Of a stretch of DNA of 64,000 bases, positions 59,080 to 64,000 are shown piece by piece. Position 1 is the first letter of the stretch, and every line of letters begins with the position of its first letter. The stretch comes from an uncultured Bdellovibrionales bacterium (GTDB lineage Bacteria; Patescibacteriota; Minisyncoccia; Moranbacterales; UBA9337). The notes under the pieces are model-generated. The model worked only from the letters and a program-made list of their open reading frames with translations, did no database searches and was not told the origin of the DNA. A program made the position numbers and the translations under genes. The stretch covers positions 4,227-68,226 of the forward strand of contig CAZSCV010000003.1 of NCBI GenBank assembly GCA_964605525.1, written 5' to 3'.

Positions 59080-59583
59080 ATGTCAAAAACACAAGAAAAT
59101 TTGAGAGCGGCATTTGCTGGTGAGTCTCAGGCTAATCGAAAATATTTGGCTTTTGCCAAGGTGGCGGAAAAAGAAGGAAAAGCGAATTTGGCAAAATTGT
59201 TTCGGGCGGTAGCGGAAGGGGAAACGGTTCATGCTCTCAATCATTTGAATGTTTTGGGCGATGTAAAAGATAGCGCGCAAAACTTGAAAGCGGCAATTGC
59301 CGGAGAGACATATGAAATTGAGGAAATGTACCCCGAGTTTATTTCTGAAGCTGTGGAAGAAGAAAATGCTTTGGCAGAAATGAGTTTTGATAAGGCTAAT
59401 GAGGTGGAGAAGAAGCATCAAGAAATATATTCGCAGGCATTGGAAAAAATTGAAGCCGGAGCGGATATTGATGAAAAGAAATACTTTGTTTGCGGAGTTT
59501 GCGGATATCTATCAGAAAACGAAGCGCCGGAAGTTTGTTCTGTTTGCAATGCGCCAAAAGAGAGGTTTTCCGAAATTGTCTGA
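59080..59583 (+). CDS. rubrerythrin
   Basis: Ferritin-like diiron E..H motifs and a C-terminal rubredoxin-like CGVCGY...CSVC. Confidence 0.85.
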   Translation: MSKTQENLRAAFAGESQANRKYLAFAKVAEKEGKANLAKLFRAVAEGETVHALNHLNVLGDVKDSAQNLKAAIAGETYEIEEMYPEFISEAVEEENALAEMSFDKANEVEKKHQEIYSQALEKIEAGADIDEKKYFVCGVCGYLSENEAPEVCSVCNAPKERFSEIV

Positions 59584-59681
59584 AGCGAAAATGAAAAACA
59601 GCATAATATTAAAAAATGCTGTTTTTTTATTTTTTAGCGCGTGGTATACTGGGAGTATAAAAAGAGAAATTTAAAATAAAA

Positions 59682-60086
59682 ATGAACACAAAAAAAGGTT
59701 TGGTTTTTTTCATGGAAGATGATGGAGTGATTCGAAAAAAATATACGGAGTTTCTGGAGAAGAACGGATTTGTTGTCAAGGAATCTTGCAATGGAAAAGA
59801 AGGATGTTGTTGCTTGAAAGCGGCGCAAAAATCCACTGTTTTTCCGGAAGTTATCATAATGGATTTAATAATGCCAAAAATGGATGCTATTGATGTTTTG
59901 GAAAGAATAAAAAAACATGAAGGGTGCAATAAAATTCCAGTGATTGTTATGAGTGAATCTGAAAGCCGGGAAGATAGAATGCAAATTTTGAGTATGGGAG
60001 CTGATGAATTTTTGTTAAAATCGGAACTCACGCCGGAAATATTGATGGACGCGATAAAGAAAGTCACCACCTCCGTCGTAGAATAA
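59682..60086 (+). CDS. response regulator receiver (CheY-like, single domain)
   Basis: IMDLIMPKMDAIDVL phospho-Asp region, conserved T/K and 134 aa. Confidence 0.7.
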   Translation: MNTKKGLVFFMEDDGVIRKKYTEFLEKNGFVVKESCNGKEGCCCLKAAQKSTVFPEVIIMDLIMPKMDAIDVLERIKKHEGCNKIPVIVMSESESREDRMQILSMGADEFLLKSELTPEILMDAIKKVTTSVVE

Positions 60087-60100
60087 AGCAGGCGAATAAT

Positions 60101-60841
60101 ATGAAAAAAATATTGGCAATAATTATCTTTTTTATTTTCTTGATCGGAGTGAATTCTTGGGTTTGGTCGAATTTGAAAAAAAATGAAATCAAATCCGCAA
60201 ATAGTAATATTGTTTCTATTTCAGATATTCAATCAAATACAAGTAATGGCAATAACAATGTTGATGACGCTACTGATACGTCACAGGAAGGCGATCCGCT
60301 TGTTGATTGGGCGCCTGCCGATAGTCAGAATTCGGATTACAATCCGCCTCTTTTGCATATCGATATTTCCAAGAAACCTTTCGGAATTTTGATAAGCCCG
60401 GAAAATTCTCCGGTTTCTCCTGAAAAATTTTCCGGGTATCACACTGGAACTGATTTTGAAATCGCTGCGGAAGATTTGGATAAGGACGTTTCCGTTTTTG
60501 CGGTTTGTTCCGGGGATGTGGAAAGCGTGAAAATAATCAGCGGGTACGGCGGGGTGATGGTGCAAAAATGCACTTTGAATAATGAGGATATCAGAGTGCT
60601 TTACGGGCATATTAATATTGATAAGATTTCCATCAAAGAGGGCGAATACTTGCCAAGCGGCAAAGAATTTGCTATTCTAGCAGACAATGTGAGCGAGCTT
60701 TCCGGAGGAGAAAGGAAGCATTTGCATTTGGGAATTTGGAAAGGAACAAAGATTGACGTGCGAGGATATGTGCAAGATGAAAGTGAACTTTCCGAGTGGA
60801 TTGATTTCGGTTTGATTGTGGATTTGAATAATATTGAGTGA
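60101..60841 (+). CDS. M23 family peptidase, membrane-anchored
   Basis: N-terminal TM helix with YHTGTDF and HLHLG zinc-ligand motifs. Confidence 0.65.
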   Translation: MKKILAIIIFFIFLIGVNSWVWSNLKKNEIKSANSNIVSISDIQSNTSNGNNNVDDATDTSQEGDPLVDWAPADSQNSDYNPPLLHIDISKKPFGILISPENSPVSPEKFSGYHTGTDFEIAAEDLDKDVSVFAVCSGDVESVKIISGYGGVMVQKCTLNNEDIRVLYGHINIDKISIKEGEYLPSGKEFAILADNVSELSGGERKHLHLGIWKGTKIDVRGYVQDESELSEWIDFGLIVDLNNIE

Positions 60842-60944
60842 TGTTTGCTTTCCTGATGATTCAAGAAAAATATTTTACTATATTTTTTTTCTTGAATTTT
60901 AATTGTTTGTATATTAATAATAAATTTGTAAATTTTGTAAGTCT

Positions 60945-61916
60945 ATGTTGATTGATGATGTGACAATTGAAACGGAAGCGGGAAATGGAGGCGATGGATC
61001 CGTTGCTTTTAATAAGAACATGCTCAGTCTTGGTCCGACCGGAGGAGATGGCGGAAAAGGAGGGGATGTTTTTTTGGAGGGTGTGGCGAATATCGGAGCG
61101 CTGAAAGTTTATCGGAATCAAAAGGTATTTCATGCTGAGGATGGAAAAAGAGGAGGGCAACAGAGAAAGATTGGAAGAAACGGAGAGAATTTATATTTGA
61201 AAGTTCCGGTAGGCACGGTGATTCATTTTGCCAATGGAACGATCCGGGATGTTTTTTATGTCGGAGAAAAAGTTTTGGTGGCAAAAGGAGGAGAAGGCGG
61301 AAGGGGAAATTTTTCTTTTCGTTCATCAAGAAATACCAGTCCAAAAGAATCTACTCCGGGAACGAAGGGTAAGAAAAATAAATTGCGCTTGGAGCTAAAA
61401 TTGATTGCTGATGTGGGATTTGTCGGACTTCCAAATGCCGGAAAATCGAGCCTTATCAATGAACTCACTAATGCGAACAGTCGAGTGGGGAATTATAATT
61501 TTACCACTTTGGAACCGAGCTTGGGAGCATATTATGATTTGATTTTGGCGGATATTCCGGGACTTATTGAAGGGGCATCAGAAGGAAAAGGCTTGGGACA
61601 CAAATTCCTCCGCCATATTGAACGCACAAGAATTATTTTTCATTTTGTTTCCTGCGAGTCTGATGATGTGGCAAGGGATTATGAAACAATCAGAAAAGAA
61701 TTGGAAGCGCATAATCCAGAACTCATTGAAAAAGATGAATATTTATTTCTCAGCAAGAGTGATTTGCTCCCGGAAAAAGAGTTGGCAAAAAAGATGAAAG
61801 TTTTGCAAAAAATAAACCCGGAAGCGATTGCCATTTCCATTATCGATGAAAACAGTTTGCAAAAAGTGAAAAATATTTTAGCGCAGGTCGCCGAGAAAAG
61901 GAAAATGGTAGAATAA
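60945..61916 (+). CDS. obg: GTPase Obg
   Basis: Glycine-rich Obg fold (GGDGGKGGDV) with G1 GLPNAGKSSL and G3 DIPG motifs. Confidence 0.9.
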   Translation: MLIDDVTIETEAGNGGDGSVAFNKNMLSLGPTGGDGGKGGDVFLEGVANIGALKVYRNQKVFHAEDGKRGGQQRKIGRNGENLYLKVPVGTVIHFANGTIRDVFYVGEKVLVAKGGEGGRGNFSFRSSRNTSPKESTPGTKGKKNKLRLELKLIADVGFVGLPNAGKSSLINELTNANSRVGNYNFTTLEPSLGAYYDLILADIPGLIEGASEGKGLGHKFLRHIERTRIIFHFVSCESDDVARDYETIRKELEAHNPELIEKDEYLFLSKSDLLPEKELAKKMKVLQKINPEAIAISIIDENSLQKVKNILAQVAEKRKMVE

Positions 61917-62051
61917 AAGCATATATTTTTTTAGGTAATATTTAAATTGACCAAGTGTATCCTGGTCAATTTTTTGAATGAATGTAAATTGTCTTGCATG
62001 AAAATAAAGAGGTGATATAATAAAGATGCTATATCACTAAAATAAAAAAAT

Positions 62052-62861
62052 ATGAAAAATAATATTTTCGAAGAAATAAAGAAGGTTAATGAAAATGGAG
62101 TTGAATATTGGGAGGGCAGAGAGTTAATGCCCTTACTTGGTTATAATAGATGGGAAAATTTTGAAAAAGTTATTAAAAAGGCAATTGTGGCTTGCGAAGG
62201 ATCCGGACAAGAAAAAGATGACCATTTTCGTGATGCTACGAAAATGGTTGAAATTGGCTCAAGTACTGTCCGGCAGGTGAGAGATTGGAAGTTGGATCGT
62301 TACGCATGTTACCTGATTGCGCAAAATGGAGATTCGAAAAAACAGGAAATTGCTTTAGCGCAAACATATTTCGCAATTCAGACCAGAAAACAAGAAGAGT
62401 TTGATCAGCTATTGGAGGATAAAAAGAGATTGGATTTGCGGGGTGAAATTAAAAAGCATAATGTATCATTGGCAGAAGCGGCAGGAAATGCTGGCGTGGT
62501 TAACTATGGAAAGTTTCAAAATTTCGGATATAAGGGTTTGTATGGCGGGTTGGATGCAAATGATATTCATAAAAAGAAAAAATTGAAAAAAACACAAAAA
62601 ATTCTTGACCATATGGGAAGTGAGGAACTGGCAGCGAATTTGTTCCGCGCCACTCAAGCGGATGCGAAATTGCGAAGGGATAAAATAAAAGGCGAAGAAC
62701 GTGCGAATGTGACCCATTTCGCAGTTGGACAAAAGGTACGAAAGACAATTGAAGATCTTGGTGGAACAATGCCAGAAGAATTGCCAAGTACCGACGGAAT
62801 TTGCAACTCAAAAAAGAGGATTGGGAATGATGAGAAGAAAAATAAAATTTTAGAAAAATAA
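62052..62861 (+). CDS. dinD: DNA damage-inducible protein D (DinD-like)
   Basis: YWEGRELMPLLGYNRWENFEKVIKKAIVACEGSGQ parallels the E. coli DinD N-terminal region. Confidence 0.65.
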   Translation: MKNNIFEEIKKVNENGVEYWEGRELMPLLGYNRWENFEKVIKKAIVACEGSGQEKDDHFRDATKMVEIGSSTVRQVRDWKLDRYACYLIAQNGDSKKQEIALAQTYFAIQTRKQEEFDQLLEDKKRLDLRGEIKKHNVSLAEAAGNAGVVNYGKFQNFGYKGLYGGLDANDIHKKKKLKKTQKILDHMGSEELAANLFRATQADAKLRRDKIKGEERANVTHFAVGQKVRKTIEDLGGTMPEELPSTDGICNSKKRIGNDEKKNKILEK

Positions 62862-62870
62862 TTTTTTTTC

Positions 62871-62942
62871 ACATCCTGTGATGTCCGTCACAGGATGTGT
62901 TGGACTGAAATTGAAAAAGGTACCTTTGGAGGTACCTTTTTT
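62871..62942 (+). terminator. tandem pair of perfect hairpins after dinD
   Basis: ACATCCTGTGA-TGTCCG-TCACAGGATGT then AAAAAGGTACC-TTTGGA-GGTACCTTTTTT. Confidence 0.7.
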
Positions 62943-63003
62943 GTTTGTGAACATACCTTTGAACATAGCATAGTATGTTCATCAGGATCGAACGGGTTGA
63001 TAT

Positions 63004-63357
63004 TTATTTCACTTTTCGAAAGACAACTTTGTAAACCGGTTCATATTCGTTTTCATATTCGTCGGTGATGGAGATGGGTTTTCCTTCGGCAACACTGGCG
63101 ATGGCGATGTCGCTAATCATTTCATTGAGTTTGTCAATTTCAAGCTTGAGATCTTCCATTCTTTGCCAGCGCATACCCATCTTTTGTTGAACAATCGCTT
63201 CAAGTTGTTTTTTCTTTTCACGAAGCTCCGTAGCCTTGTCGACAATCACTTCATAATCATCGGCTTGAGCGAGCATATCCTTGTATTCTTCGCGGATGTC
63301 TTTTTGTTCCTTTTTTATTTCTTTCACCTTGTTGAATATTTCTTGGATGTCTTGCAT
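63004..63357 (-). CDS. hypothetical coiled-coil protein
   Basis: ORF only; heptad-rich. Confidence 0.4.
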   Translation of the reverse strand: MQDIQEIFNKVKEIKKEQKDIREEYKDMLAQADDYEVIVDKATELREKKKQLEAIVQQKMGMRWQRMEDLKLEIDKLNEMISDIAIASVAEGKPISITDEYENEYEPVYKVVFRKVK

Positions 63358-63502
63358 AATGTTTATTTTTTTAATTATTTTTTTTATGAAACAACAAAAT
63401 CAATTGTAGCACAAGAAAACAAAAACTGAAAATTTGCTACAAGAGAGTAAAGAAGATATGATTAAACAAGTGCCAATTTGAATATAAGAAGTTGCCAAAT
63501 TT

Positions 63503-63970
63503 ATGCAAAAAATCACAATTCTTGCCGTGGGAAAAATAAAAGAAAAATATTTTAAGGAGGCTTGCCAGGAATATCTCAAAAGGATTGGTCCGTATGCTCG
63601 AGTTGAAATGGAAGAAATTGGCACAGAGTCTTTTTTTGGCGATGGCGACAAGGAAAAAGCTAAGGAAAAAGAGGGCGGAAGGATTTTGAAATTTTTAGAC
63701 AGGAATGATGATTGTCAGATTTTTCTTTTGGAGGAAAATGGAAATGAGATGGACTCGGTTTCTTTTTCAAGAAAAATGGAAAAAATTCAAAATCCTATTA
63801 TTTTCGTGATTGCCGGAGCGCTCGGGTTTTCTGATGAAGTGAAGAAAAGAGGATTTGGAAAACTTTCTCTCTCACAAATGACATTTCCGCATGAATTGGC
63901 GAGGCTTGTTTTGTTGGAACAAGTATATCGCGCCACCACAATTTGCAAAGGAAAAAAGTACCATTATTAG
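63503..63970 (+). CDS. rlmH: 23S rRNA (pseudouridine1915-N3)-methyltransferase RlmH
   Basis: SPOUT fold with MQKITILAVGKIKEKYFKEACQEYLKRIGPY and a C-terminal GGALGFS-like motif. Confidence 0.85.
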   Translation: MQKITILAVGKIKEKYFKEACQEYLKRIGPYARVEMEEIGTESFFGDGDKEKAKEKEGGRILKFLDRNDDCQIFLLEENGNEMDSVSFSRKMEKIQNPIIFVIAGALGFSDEVKKRGFGKLSLSQMTFPHELARLVLLEQVYRATTICKGKKYHY

Positions 63971-64000
63971 TGTTGAATATGGTATAATTCAATTATTAAA

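Noticed and set aside
1-64000. Possible alternative genetic code (UGA recoded), as in some CPR lineages
   Set aside because: Conserved genes (polA, mutM and others) end at TGA with full-length products, and long ORFs are not fragmented by TGA. The standard code 11 fits.

Overview
This is a low-GC (about one-third G+C) bacterial window using the standard genetic code: conserved genes such as polA end at TGA with full-length products. Gene content is dominated by housekeeping functions: polA (3' part), mutM, holA, rpsT, ruvA, a FemAB-like protein, a MurE-like Mur ligase, htpX, pyk, dnaG-rpoD, a DEAD-box helicase, ABC and ABC-F ATPases, an arsR/thioredoxin-like/permease operon, a MarR/MFP/RND efflux operon, ddl, obg, dinD and rlmH. 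The small-protein, reduced style fits a Patescibacteria/CPR-like organism, but this is an inference from style only. Several things are not ordinary. (1) A 29-bp GC-rich palindromic element, CCGCCCAAGGCGGACCAGCCTTGGGCTGG, with AT-rich heptamer-repeat flanks sits IN FRAME inside at least four protein-coding genes (O-antigen-ligase-like, Fpg, FemAB-like and a hypothetical). It is read in all three phases across the copies and a variant also lies in an intergenic spacer, which resembles the Rickettsia palindromic element (RPE) style of in-frame MITE insertion. (2) A tRNA-Asn(GUU) on the minus strand is split in its anticodon loop by a 563-bp insertion encoding an HNH endonuclease, a candidate self-splicing intron. 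A GIY-YIG nuclease gene lies just downstream of it. (3) A second GIY-YIG paralog sits between an exact 35-nt copy of the 5' half of tRNA-Ser(GGA), ending in the anticodon loop, and the intact tRNA-Ser gene. (4) Two GC-rich islands (about 50% GC, at 49.7-50.7 kb and 52.9-55.95 kb) carry a degenerate orotate-PRTase-like gene, an OMP-decarboxylase-like gene and two unrecognisable proteins of 174 and 453 aa. A roughly 65-bp hairpin-containing direct repeat occurs three times at the island borders and brackets the pyrF-like gene. (5) A PaaX-like regulator gene is bracketed by two copies of a near-perfect 17-bp-stem palindrome. (6) The window encodes a 1702-aa secreted protein with a long NHL-repeat array and a C-terminal LysM domain, carrying near-identical intragenic DNA repeats, and an RpoD with a lysine-rich histone-like N-terminus.
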